A stretch of 63,919 nt of DNA, the filler included, from Acetivibrio sp. (GTDB lineage: Bacteria > Bacillota > Clostridia > Acetivibrionales > Acetivibrionaceae), in the NCBI RefSeq assembly GCF_035371925.1. It is 3 parts of 3 records of this genome, joined end to end, with 100 filler letters (N's around TTAATTAATTAA, not from the genome) between each part and the next. Parts side by side here need not be neighbours in the genome. Positions count along the whole stretch, not along the records: positions 1 to 27,426 come from NZ_DAORXT010000036.1; 2 more parts are not named here. One strand, 5' to 3'. Each line of letters opens with the position of its first letter. The stretch's first letter is position 1. The notes beneath the pieces are model-generated. The model ran no database searches and had not been told where the DNA came from. It worked only from the letters and a program-made list of their open reading frames with translations. Below, piece after piece: positions 1 through 9,241 of the stretch. A program made the translations under genes and the position numbers.

Positions 1-132
1 TTATTTGGCCTCTTGGAATGAAATGAAAGAGGCAAAAGCGAAGGGATTCGATGTCTCGAGCTTTTATTTGGCCTCTTGGAATGAAATGAAAGAGGCAAAA
101 GCGAAGGGATTCGATGTCCCGAGCTTTTATTT
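1..132. repeat. 63-bp tandem repeat (2 full copies plus 6 bp; may extend beyond the window start), each unit with two hairpins
   Basis: Units 1-63 and 64-126 are identical except T56/C119; unit TTATTTGGCCTCTTGGAATGAAATGAAAGAGGCAAAAGCGAAGGGATTCGATGTCYCGAGCTT; no spacers. Confidence 0.9.
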
Positions 133-313
133 TCAGTCTTGTAAAGTCCTGTTTAAAAGCATAGTACTTTTTATACCGGACAATAATTGTAAAAATATGG
201 CTAATAAATGTTGGAGCTATTAAAATCTCAAAGGAAATGATAGTATATTTTTAATTTTAGTGCAGCTTTTCATCCCGCCAAAAGGTACTTATGGTGAAAG
301 GGGGATTTAAATT

Positions 314-361
314 GTGGAACAAAAGTCTTTGTGTACGGGTGATGATGTGGAAAATGTTATA
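314..361 (+). pseudogene. Probable 5' stub of an ECF sigma factor gene (MEQKSLCTGDDVENVI), fused out of frame to the next gene
   Basis: RBS GAAAGGGGG ahead of GTG314; the peptide resembles clostridial ECF sigma N-termini (recalled pattern, not searched); the frame differs from the 361 ORF. Confidence 0.35.
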
Positions 362-1125
362 TGGAAGTTGTATCGGCATATATTCATGATAACGTAGCGG
401 AAATTTATATTACAATGCAGGACCTTGTAGGGGAACGCATAGATGAGACAATAGACCTTTACGACAGCTATTCCATCAAACGCCCGTTTGACAGCTCGGC
501 GACCTGCGAGCTTGTGGGCTATGACGAGGCAACAAGAACGGCAACTTTTCTTATATCCATAACAGAGTGGGGCAACAAAAAAATCGTTGGGGATAAAATA
601 ACTTTTTCTGCCAGGGAATTTTTAAGTGACAAGAGAATATACGATGAGATACCCATACCGGTAGATTTGACTAATATTGACGATGCGCCATATACGAAGG
701 AAGTTCCTCCCGGTGGAGGAGGCGGTCCAAAATACGAAGAATATGTTTTCCATGGTTATGGAAGTAAAACTAAAGTTCTTGCACCATCATCCCCAATGGA
801 TTTTCCGGTTGAAGGAATCGACTTTACGGGTATTGGATATGTGGACGGCCTGCTTCATATTCAAACATCTGTTGTAAATAATTTGACAAAGGATAACCAC
901 GGATACTTTTTCCTTAACGACAAGAGCGGAAAGGATGTCCAGTGTATTTATAATGTTAGTTTTAGCGAAAATGTTGATAGTGACAACCGGGTACATTACG
1001 ACGAGTTTGTATTTGATATTCCCAAATCGGAGATAGGAGAATATTCGCTTTACGGAATTTTTGTTACGAGCGGGATGTATACCAAGGGGAACTGGCAAGT
1101 GACATTCAGGCTTGAAGAGAAGTAA
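361..1125 (+). pseudogene. N-terminally truncated DUF4179-like (anti-sigma-type) protein
   Basis: Starts mid-domain (MEVVSAYIHDNVAEIYITMQDL..RIDETIDLYDSY); lacks an N-terminal cytoplasmic/TM part; in-frame stops at 340-345; no RBS before ATG361. Confidence 0.55.
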
Positions 1126-1154
1126 ATGACAATTAACAGGACTTGAAAAATCAT

Positions 1155-2180
1155 TCAAGTGCGCGGTTCGTCTACAATGGGGAAAAGAATTTTCATTGTA
1201 AAACCTTTTCCCCATTCGGATTCAACATTCAAAAATATATTGAGATCTTTTGCGATTTCTTTTGCAAGATACAGCCCCATACCGGTGGCTTTTTTTCTCC
1301 CATCCCCCGAATCGCCGGTAAAGCCTTTCTCAAAGATATACGGCAAGTCACAGCTACGCACTCCAATTCCATTGTCACTGATGGACAAAACGTAATTAAA
1401 GTCGGTTCTAACGGCTTTTATGCATAACTGGGGGGAGGTGTCAGAGCTGTACTTGATGGAATTGCTGATGGCCTGGCTAATCAAAAAAGCAAGTCCTCTT
1501 CTGTCGGAATATACGAATATGTCCGGAACCTGCATTTTAATCTGAAAGCGCTTTTCTTCCAACAATGGCAGATAATCGTCCAATACTTCATCAATGCACG
1601 TATGAAGATTTATAAATTCAAACAGATAATCCTTTTGAGTTCCTTTTAATCTGGAATAAAACAGCATTTGGTTGATAAACTCTTGCATTCGATTTCGTAT
1701 ATAATCCAGCTTGAACGCAAAATTTTCAGGTAGTTCGTCCCTTCGGTTGTCCAATAGCATTGTAAGTAGAGAAAGAGGGGTCTTGGTCTCGTGAGCCCAG
1801 GCTTCTACATATTCCTCATAATCCAATACACGGGTCAATAACTGTTCGATGGAATCATTTTTTTCACGCAGTACCCGTCCCAACAAGAGAATCATTTCCT
1901 TTTCTGCATCGCTGCATAATTTTAGGAGTGATTTTTCGTTGATGTCGTCCGGACTACTCAAAAAGCTTTCAAAAGCCTGCCTCTTTTTATGCTCATGATT
2001 ACAGACCACTACAAATACCACAGAAAACAGAAGCAATGTCGCAAGGATAATAAAGCCCATTAATGCGTAAAAGGATTGTACATCCGCAAGCCATAGGAGG
2101 ATTGCGGAAAGAGAGTCTACACATAACAACAATGCCAGCCAGGGAGCATACTGCTTAAAAATCTTCCAATTCTTATTCAT
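1155..2180 (-). CDS. Intramembrane-sensing histidine kinase, BceS/GraS-like
   Basis: Two N-terminal TM helices with a very short loop; H-box WAHETKTPL; N-box QAISNSIKY; G-boxes DNGIG, KGFTG, GMGLYL. Confidence 0.92.
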   Translation of the reverse strand: MNKNWKIFKQYAPWLALLLCVDSLSAILLWLADVQSFYALMGFIILATLLLFSVVFVVVCNHEHKKRQAFESFLSSPDDINEKSLLKLCSDAEKEMILLLGRVLREKNDSIEQLLTRVLDYEEYVEAWAHETKTPLSLLTMLLDNRRDELPENFAFKLDYIRNRMQEFINQMLFYSRLKGTQKDYLFEFINLHTCIDEVLDDYLPLLEEKRFQIKMQVPDIFVYSDRRGLAFLISQAISNSIKYSSDTSPQLCIKAVRTDFNYVLSISDNGIGVRSCDLPYIFEKGFTGDSGDGRKKATGMGLYLAKEIAKDLNIFLNVESEWGKGFTMKILFPIVDEPRT

Positions 2181-2856
2181 AAGAATTTTCCTCCATGGTA
2201 AGCTTATACCCGACTCCGCGTACGGATACTATCTTTTGGCGCATTTTTAAACTTGACATTGTCTTTTTCAATCGGGTCAAATTAACCTGCAGAGCATTTT
2301 CGTCGATAAATTCGGTTGTTCCCCAAATAGCCAGGCACAAGTCATCCTTTGTAACAATATCCTGTCCTTGAATTAGAAAAACCTCCAATAATTTTCCCTG
2401 GTTTTTAGGAAGAATAACAGACTGATTATGAATATACAGCGTATATGTCTGACGATCCAAGAGGAAATCAGCGCCCTCCAAAAGATTGGTGCGGCCTTCA
2501 TACCGTTTTAAGACATTCGCCACTCGTGCAAGCAAGCGCTCTTTTCTGCACGGCTTTGTCAAGTATTCATCTGCACCTAAATCCAGGGCATGAAGTTCAT
2601 CCCTTAGCTGATCCCGGGAAGTCAAAACAAGCACAGGAATTGCACTTTTTTGCTTTATCTCTCTACAAATCTGAAAACCGCTGACACAGGGAAGATTTAA
2701 ATCCAGCAAAATGAGATCGGGAGAAAGTGAAAGTAGTTGCTCTGTTACGTTTTCAAAGGACTCAACCGCATCAACTTTATATCCGGCTTTACTTAGCATA
2801 TCTTTTAATTCTTCACGCATAAATACTTCGTCTTCCACAATAACAATATACTTCAT
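2173..2856 (-). CDS. OmpR-family response regulator, BceR-like
   Basis: Receiver domain (VEDE, LLDLNLP, YLTKP) plus winged-helix C-terminus (VRGVGYKL). Confidence 0.93.
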   Translation of the reverse strand: MKYIVIVEDEVFMREELKDMLSKAGYKVDAVESFENVTEQLLSLSPDLILLDLNLPCVSGFQICREIKQKSAIPVLVLTSRDQLRDELHALDLGADEYLTKPCRKERLLARVANVLKRYEGRTNLLEGADFLLDRQTYTLYIHNQSVILPKNQGKLLEVFLIQGQDIVTKDDLCLAIWGTTEFIDENALQVNLTRLKKTMSSLKMRQKIVSVRGVGYKLTMEENSYE

Positions 2857-2883
2857 GCTTTCTCTCCCTTCCTCAAAATTTTT

Positions 2884-4953
2884 TCATTCTTCCCGTTCCG
2901 GTACCATGAGTGACAGAATATAACGATTGCCGGATTTTTTGACCGCAACCATATAGATACATTCTACCACACAAAGCAGCAACACCATAGCTGCGGAAAT
3001 CATTATCATTGCAGGAATATTATTTTTAGCTCTTGAGGATAACAAGCCACTAAACAGTGCCCGAATGCCGAAAATGCTGCTAATTGCCGCAACAGCTGTG
3101 GGGATGCCGAAATACCACCTAATCTGTTTTCCTGCTGAGTAGCATAGTGTTTCATACGAGGCACCCAGACGAATCAAAGTCTTGTATCGCCTGCCGGTTT
3201 TTTGCTGCCATGTAAGGAATTGAACTCCGATGATAGTATTGGCTATTATTAGAAAAATAATAGCCAAATAGATTGTTATATAGCTTGCAGCAACTATATA
3301 AAACAGCTGACGGCCCATATTCTGCAAATAGCTTTCGTAGATTAGACCTGCAGCATCGAGCTTCTCATTTGCTTCTAATATAGCTCTTAAAAGACTTTTG
3401 CCGGCAACTTGCTTCGGATTTAAAACAGCATTTAAGTAAATATCATAATCATTTACGGTAAAACGTTCAAAATCCGTATCCGGCACAATCAAAGCGAAGG
3501 ATAATGTGATGGAACTGTCTGTTACAAGGTCTGTACTTTGAACAGTACCGACGAGGTGATAATTCTCCCCGGCGATTTGAACTTCGGGATTTTGAGCTAA
3601 AATTTGATTTAGCATTTCTAATTTGGCCGGTGAAACAAACCCGGTATCCATGTAAACGGCTGCCTCACCATCCATAAGTTCAATAGTGGGCTTTTTTGCA
3701 ATAGACAAAAGCCGGTTATAGCCTGAGAGAGAAATCAAATGGGGATACGTCTCATAACTAAAATTATTCAGGAGAACATTTCTGTCGTCGCTCTCCGGCA
3801 TCCGGGCTAAATATTCCATTACAGAATTCATCTGAAATGCATTGCTATAATCCTCTGCCAATCGAATATACCCTACTCTCATCTCAAACAGCTCAGAAAA
3901 TAATGAATCTAGCTTTTGAGATGCTAAAGCTTCCTTGACAACAGCCATATCCTGTGAAGTACTATCAAAGGTATAATCTAAAACATGCTCTTCTGACTCA
4001 CCATAAAACTGTGCAATGGCCACACCTGCACCAAAACAGCATAATCCCGCCAAAATCAAAAGGGAGCTGATAGCCAATGTCGTGGAGCGGTGAATGACAT
4101 TTTCCTGAAGCTGCCGGAAGGTAAAGGCCAGAAGCTTTTGGTCATTACCGCTGCGTTTTGCCAAAAAGTCCATAATTACACGAAAACCAAAAAACAGTAA
4201 CAATGTGCCGGTAAATCCGAGGATTAGAGTAAGCCCCATTTTGTCAACTTCATGCCAAGCCAGGCCGCTGATTGCCATGCCGTATGCAGCCGCCAAGAAA
4301 ATAACACCAACCGGCAATGCCAAGGCATAAACAATGGAGGGCAAGTCCTTTTTTGCACCTTCCGGTGTCTCCACAAGTAACGAACCTATCTCCTGGCGTG
4401 CTATTTTACCGCTCAGAATAATAAAAGCTATCAACTTAATGAGGTAAAACCCGATAGCCGTCCACAAGACAGCCTGAAAGGAAATTGAAGTTTGATGCCC
4501 TACAATACCGAGTCCTACAAGGCGCGCGGTTACCAAACTGATAAACTCCGATAATAAAATTGCAATCGGCAATCCCATGAAAAGCGCCATTATACTACTG
4601 CGAAAATCTTCTGCCAGTAACATAAAAAACAATTTCGAGCGGCGCATTCCCATCATCAGATAAACACCGAATTCATGCCTGCGCCGTTCCAATTGAAATT
4701 TGCTGGCGAAATAGACCAGAAAGAACAGAATAAATAATGTCATTCCGTAAAATAACGGTATCATGGTAAGAAGTTTGCTTACAGCATCACTTTCCAGCTT
4801 TGTAAGAAAAATCATAACGTCTTGCTTTGACAAAGACAAAATATTATAAAACGCAACTATGGATATCAGAAGGGATGCAAAAAACAATCCGTTTTCTTTT
4901 CTGCTTCTTTTACTGTTACGTGAAACCAACTCAAAGAACATTTGCAGTTCCAC
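2884..4953 (-). CDS. FtsX-like ABC permease, BceB-type (large extracellular domain)
   Basis: 689 aa; RRRHEFGVYLMMGM FtsX motif; multiple TM segments flanking a ~200-aa loop. Confidence 0.9.
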   Translation of the reverse strand: MELQMFFELVSRNSKRSRKENGLFFASLLISIVAFYNILSLSKQDVMIFLTKLESDAVSKLLTMIPLFYGMTLFILFFLVYFASKFQLERRRHEFGVYLMMGMRRSKLFFMLLAEDFRSSIMALFMGLPIAILLSEFISLVTARLVGLGIVGHQTSISFQAVLWTAIGFYLIKLIAFIILSGKIARQEIGSLLVETPEGAKKDLPSIVYALALPVGVIFLAAAYGMAISGLAWHEVDKMGLTLILGFTGTLLLFFGFRVIMDFLAKRSGNDQKLLAFTFRQLQENVIHRSTTLAISSLLILAGLCCFGAGVAIAQFYGESEEHVLDYTFDSTSQDMAVVKEALASQKLDSLFSELFEMRVGYIRLAEDYSNAFQMNSVMEYLARMPESDDRNVLLNNFSYETYPHLISLSGYNRLLSIAKKPTIELMDGEAAVYMDTGFVSPAKLEMLNQILAQNPEVQIAGENYHLVGTVQSTDLVTDSSITLSFALIVPDTDFERFTVNDYDIYLNAVLNPKQVAGKSLLRAILEANEKLDAAGLIYESYLQNMGRQLFYIVAASYITIYLAIIFLIIANTIIGVQFLTWQQKTGRRYKTLIRLGASYETLCYSAGKQIRWYFGIPTAVAAISSIFGIRALFSGLLSSRAKNNIPAMIMISAAMVLLLCVVECIYMVAVKKSGNRYILSLMVPEREE

Positions 4954-5704
4954 CTCCCAATTGTGCCATAACTTTTAAGATGCGCTCATAAAATGCCTGC
5001 TGAGATTCTTCGGGAATATTTCTACGGAGCTCATGAAAAATCATTCCATCCTGAATGAACAGAATTCGCTTGCAGTAGCTTGCTGCATTGGAATCATGAG
5101 TTACCATTAATATAGTGGCATTATACTCTTGATTTAGGCCCAGAAGTTTTTCCATCAGTAATTTTGCATTTTTAGAGTCCAATGCTCCTGTCGGTTCATC
5201 TGCCAAAATAATACTTGGATTTAGAATCATTGCTCTGGCAGCAGCAACTCTTTGCTTCTGACCGCCGGACATTTGAGAGGGAAACTTGTCCAATACATCT
5301 GTAATTTCCAAATATGAAGCAAGCTCCGTAATCCTCTTATCGCTTTCGCTTTTGGGAACGTTATGAAGAGAAAGGGGAAGGAGAATGTTTTCCCGGCCCG
5401 TCAAATTATCCAAAAGCTCAAAATTCTGAAACAGATAACCGATATGTTTTCCTCTGTAGTCTGCCAAATCGCCACCTTTCAGTGATTGAATTTCCTTTCT
5501 TTCCATAATAATCTTTCCGCCGGTAGGCTGGATTACAGTCGCAATGCAATTTAAGAGAGTTGACTTGCCTGAGCCGCTGCTTCCCATAATGCCAAGGAAT
5601 TCTCCCTGCATAACTTGAAATGTAACGCCATCTAATGCTTTTGTCTGATTTTCCGGTTTTCCGTAATATTTACATAAATTTTCGATTTCAAGAATGCTCT
5701 TCAT
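4931..5704 (-). CDS. ABC transporter ATP-binding protein, BceA-type
   Basis: Walker A GSSGSGKST, signature MSGGQKQR, Walker B ILADEPTG, VTHD; RBS AAAGGAGG. Confidence 0.95.
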   Translation of the reverse strand: MKSILEIENLCKYYGKPENQTKALDGVTFQVMQGEFLGIMGSSGSGKSTLLNCIATVIQPTGGKIIMERKEIQSLKGGDLADYRGKHIGYLFQNFELLDNLTGRENILLPLSLHNVPKSESDKRITELASYLEITDVLDKFPSQMSGGQKQRVAAARAMILNPSIILADEPTGALDSKNAKLLMEKLLGLNQEYNATILMVTHDSNAASYCKRILFIQDGMIFHELRRNIPEESQQAFYERILKVMAQLGGGTANVL

Positions 5705-5733
5705 ATTGTATGCCTCCTTTAGCTTCTAGATAT

Positions 5734-5779
5734 ATCTTATCATCTACAGCTTCAGATAAACACTTACACTCAATGAAAG
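5734..5779 (-). promoter_or_regulatory. Putative promoter of the Bce-type operon with an imperfect inverted repeat (candidate regulator site)
   Basis: Extended -10 TGaTAAGAT (5734-5742, minus strand); CTTACA-N5-TGAAAG at 5763-5779 resembles BceR-type TNACA-N4-TGTAA but the spacer is one base longer. Confidence 0.3.
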
Positions 5780-5865
5780 TTTCCTTATTAAATATTTGAT
5801 TAATAAAACTGTTTTGCCTTCCATTTTGAGGTATCTTATGTTACAATAAGGTATGAATCACGTAT

Positions 5866-6165
5866 GTGTTTAAATTTTTCTATTGTCCGTGCCACACAAT
5901 GTATATATCAAAAAATATCGATATCTTAAAAAATGTTGATGTTATGCTTTTAGGAGTCGGCTACATAAACTACATTGATGATGTTTTCACCAATTTTAAA
6001 CGGGATGTTATTCCTTTGATAGAGCACTATCAGCCAAAACAAATAATATTCACCCATTTGGAAGAGTCTGACGGTATGTCGTATGATGAATATTGCCTGC
6101 CGGAAAAACAGTACGGGCATTTGAATATAGTGTTTTCTTATGATGGGATGGAAATAGAAATATAA
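5866..6165 (+). pseudogene. C-terminal remnant of an MBL-fold (PhnP-like) hydrolase
   Basis: Contains a ..IIFTHLEE..YDGMEIEI C-terminal pattern but no HxHxDH motif; only 99 aa. Confidence 0.4.
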
Positions 6166-6410
6166 TTATATGCCTCAACGTTATAATATTTAGCCAATTG
6201 AGTCTCACATTGAAAGAAAGCTTTAAAAAATACAGAAAGATACATTGGATTAAGTTAAAACAAACCCAAAGCATTTAAAATATACTGAAGTGACAAGATA
6301 AAAGGGTATTTATGGATAGTGATGAAAAAGAATAAATGGATATGGGAACTTTTTTTGGTTCAAATCCGTTTTACTAAATATACAAAGCAAAATCGAAAGG
6401 AGTACTTATT

Positions 6411-8960
6411 ATGAAAAAGGTTATAAATATTCTGTGCATAACAGTTATGCTTGCTTTGATAATTATACCTTTAAGTATGTCATTTGCTGACAATACAAAA
6501 AGTGGAAAAGACCAGAAGGGCATAGAGAATGAGAGCATGGACGGCAAGAGCATAGAGGATAGATTAAAGGGCGCCATTGCATTGTACATAGGAAGCCCTA
6601 TAGCTATTGCTGACAATGCTGAAAAACAGGTTGATTCAACAAATGCCAATGTAAAGCCATATATCAAAAACGGCAGAACTTTGGTACCTGTGAGGTTTAT
6701 ATCGGAGAGCCTGGGTGCTAAGGTTGATTGGGACCAACAGAATTCCAAAGTTACTGTGAAGATGAACGACAAAGTTGTAGAGCTTATTATCGGAAACAAG
6801 ACCATGAAGGTGGGAGGCAAAAATGAAGAGCTGGATGTGGCTCCCGAAATAAGCGAAGGCAGAACTTACCTTCCGTTAAGAAGTCTTGTAGAAGCGCTGG
6901 GCAAGAAGGTTTTCTATGATAGAGGACTTATTATTATAAGCAACAGGGAAGACATATTTGACGTATCTAAGGACAAGGGAATGATTGACGAAGTTATCGC
7001 AAGAGTAAACAATCTTCCGCGTGTAGGCTCAGCCGAAGACCTCAAAAAGATGCTTAAAGCTTACGGAGCAAATTATGGCGGAAGGAGTTGGACAAATTCC
7101 ATATTTGAAAAGGAGCTTTTTTACGGTGCTGTAGAGGACTCTGCTGCTGCTCCTGCCGCTGCTGAAGGCTCAATGAACAAGAAAACAGAAGCTTTGGATT
7201 ATTCTACTACAAATGTACAGGTTGAGGGAGTGGATGAGGCAGATGTTGTTAAGACCGACGGCAAATATATATACCAGATAAACAATAACCGGGTGGTTGT
7301 CATCAAAGCATATGATACTGTTGCCGGAAATGTTTATTCGGCTTCGGGAATGAAAATAGAGAGCATCCTGAACTTTGAAAATAGTAACTTTTATCCCCAG
7401 GAATTATATGTGGATGGAGATTATTTGGTTGCCATAGGAAACTATTATGAAGAAGTACCGGTGAAGACTTCAGGATTGAAGATTTTTGACAGATTTTTTG
7501 GCAGCATGACTCAAAATACTGTAAAAGCAATAGTTTTTGATATTAGTGACAGAACGGACATTAAGAAACTCAGGGAAGTTGAAGTTGAAGGAAACTATGT
7601 TTCTTCAAGGAAAATAGACTCTGTCCTTTATCTTGTTTCAAATATGTATCCGAACATCTATTATGCAGAAAAAGACGTAAGCAATTTAACTCCTAAATAT
7701 AGGGATAGTGCCGTATCGGAAAAATATATTAATATGGAATGTACCCAAATAAGATATTTTCCAAATTCTTCTCAACCAAACTACATGAACATAGCTGCTT
7801 TTGATATAACGGACAATGAAGAAGTAAATGTCCAGACCTACCTTGGTGCAGGGGAGAACATATATGCATCCAGGGATAATCTCTATGTATCGGTTGGCCA
7901 ATATAATTACGGCTTGGTTCGAGCTCTTCCTGTTGAGGAGATGAATTATGAAGACAGTATAAGTGATGATCCAGATGCAACTGTTTCAAACAAAAGGGTG
8001 GCAGAACCGGAAGCTGACTATGTATATGTGAATAGAGAAATCACAACAGTATACAAATTTTCCCTTAATGGAGCAAAAGTTACTTACTTGAGCAAAGGCG
8101 AGGTTCCCGGAAGAATATTAAATCAGTTCTCAATGGATGAATACAACGGATTTTTCCGCATAGCCACAACGGTAGGAAATGCGTGGTCATCAGGCTACGA
8201 TATGTCAAAGAACAATGTTTATATATTGGATGACACCATGAATATTACCGGAAAAGTTGAGGATATGGCACCGGGAGAAATGATTTATTCGGTAAGGTTT
8301 ATGGGAGACAGGGGCTATGTAGTAACCTTCAAGACTGTGGACCCTCTGTTTGTCATAGACTTGAAAGATCCTTCAAATCCAAGTATCCTTGGAGCCTTAA
8401 AGATACCGGGTTATAGTGATTATCTGCATCCTTATGATGAAAATCATATAATCGGTTTTGGAAAGGATACTGTGGAAATCGATGGTGGTGCATATTATAA
8501 AGGTATGAAAATAGCCCTGTTTGATGTTACCGATGTAACAAACCCAATTCAAAAGTTCTCTGAAATTATTGGGGACAGAGGCACCGAATCGGAGGTTTTA
8601 AACAATCACAAGGCACTGCTGTTTTCAAAAAATAAAAATCTTCTTGCCTTCCCTGTGACAGTTATGGAAGTAAGAGACGATGACGAAGATTATTATTCGC
8701 TAGCGTACGGAGAGTTTGCCTTCCAGGGAGCATACGTTTATAAAATTGATACTGAAAACGGCTTCGAACTGAAAGGGAAAATTACCCATATATCGGATGA
8801 AAAACTTGAGAAATCCATATACTACTATGATCCGGAAAAGTATGTGGAAAGAATTTTGTATATCGGGGACACCCTATATACACTGTCAAAAAGAACGGTT
8901 AAAGCTAATGAACTTTGGGATATGAAAGAGATTGGAAGCATAGATATTCCAAAAAATTAA
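6411..8960 (+). CDS. Secreted beta-propeller domain protein with a copper-amine-oxidase N-terminal (surface) domain
   Basis: Signal peptide; GRTLVPVRFISESLGAKVDWD repeats; YSTTNVQVEGVDEADVVKTDG and VTFKTVDPLFVIDL beta-propeller motifs. Confidence 0.88.
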   Translation: MKKVINILCITVMLALIIIPLSMSFADNTKSGKDQKGIENESMDGKSIEDRLKGAIALYIGSPIAIADNAEKQVDSTNANVKPYIKNGRTLVPVRFISESLGAKVDWDQQNSKVTVKMNDKVVELIIGNKTMKVGGKNEELDVAPEISEGRTYLPLRSLVEALGKKVFYDRGLIIISNREDIFDVSKDKGMIDEVIARVNNLPRVGSAEDLKKMLKAYGANYGGRSWTNSIFEKELFYGAVEDSAAAPAAAEGSMNKKTEALDYSTTNVQVEGVDEADVVKTDGKYIYQINNNRVVVIKAYDTVAGNVYSASGMKIESILNFENSNFYPQELYVDGDYLVAIGNYYEEVPVKTSGLKIFDRFFGSMTQNTVKAIVFDISDRTDIKKLREVEVEGNYVSSRKIDSVLYLVSNMYPNIYYAEKDVSNLTPKYRDSAVSEKYINMECTQIRYFPNSSQPNYMNIAAFDITDNEEVNVQTYLGAGENIYASRDNLYVSVGQYNYGLVRALPVEEMNYEDSISDDPDATVSNKRVAEPEADYVYVNREITTVYKFSLNGAKVTYLSKGEVPGRILNQFSMDEYNGFFRIATTVGNAWSSGYDMSKNNVYILDDTMNITGKVEDMAPGEMIYSVRFMGDRGYVVTFKTVDPLFVIDLKDPSNPSILGALKIPGYSDYLHPYDENHIIGFGKDTVEIDGGAYYKGMKIALFDVTDVTNPIQKFSEIIGDRGTESEVLNNHKALLFSKNKNLLAFPVTVMEVRDDDEDYYSLAYGEFAFQGAYVYKIDTENGFELKGKITHISDEKLEKSIYYYDPEKYVERILYIGDTLYTLSKRTVKANELWDMKEIGSIDIPKN

Positions 8961-9058
8961 GAAGGTTGTAATAATAATTCATAATTTGTTAACTTTTTAT
9001 TAACATATTTAATGGTATAATAAATTAATAATATTTTGTAATTTGGGGGAACAAGGAA

Positions 9059-9241
9059 ATGAAAGCTGGCGAAAGGAACAGACTATACAGGGTTTGGCAT
9101 ACGGACAAGAAAACATGCTCGAAATTTGATACAAAGGAAATTGAAGAAGTACATGCTTCGAGCATTAAGGAAGCCAAAAAGATTGTTGCTGAAATGTACC
9201 CTGACCATAGGGTGACATCAGCATGGCTGGTTCAAAAATAA
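9059..9241 (+). CDS. Small hypothetical protein (60 aa)
   Basis: RBS GGGGGA/AAGGA upstream; its stop TAA overlaps the ATG of the next gene (TAATG at 9239-9243). Confidence 0.65.
   Translation: MKAGERNRLYRVWHTDKKTCSKFDTKEIEEVHASSIKEAKKIVAEMYPDHRVTSAWLVQK

Noticed and set aside
1..132. CRISPR array
   Set aside because: The repeats are contiguous, with no unique spacers and no cas genes.
5..223. 72-aa ORF with a repeated LASWNEMKEAKAKGFDV peptide
   Set aside because: A by-product of the 63-bp (multiple of 3) DNA repeat; no visible RBS and a non-canonical start.
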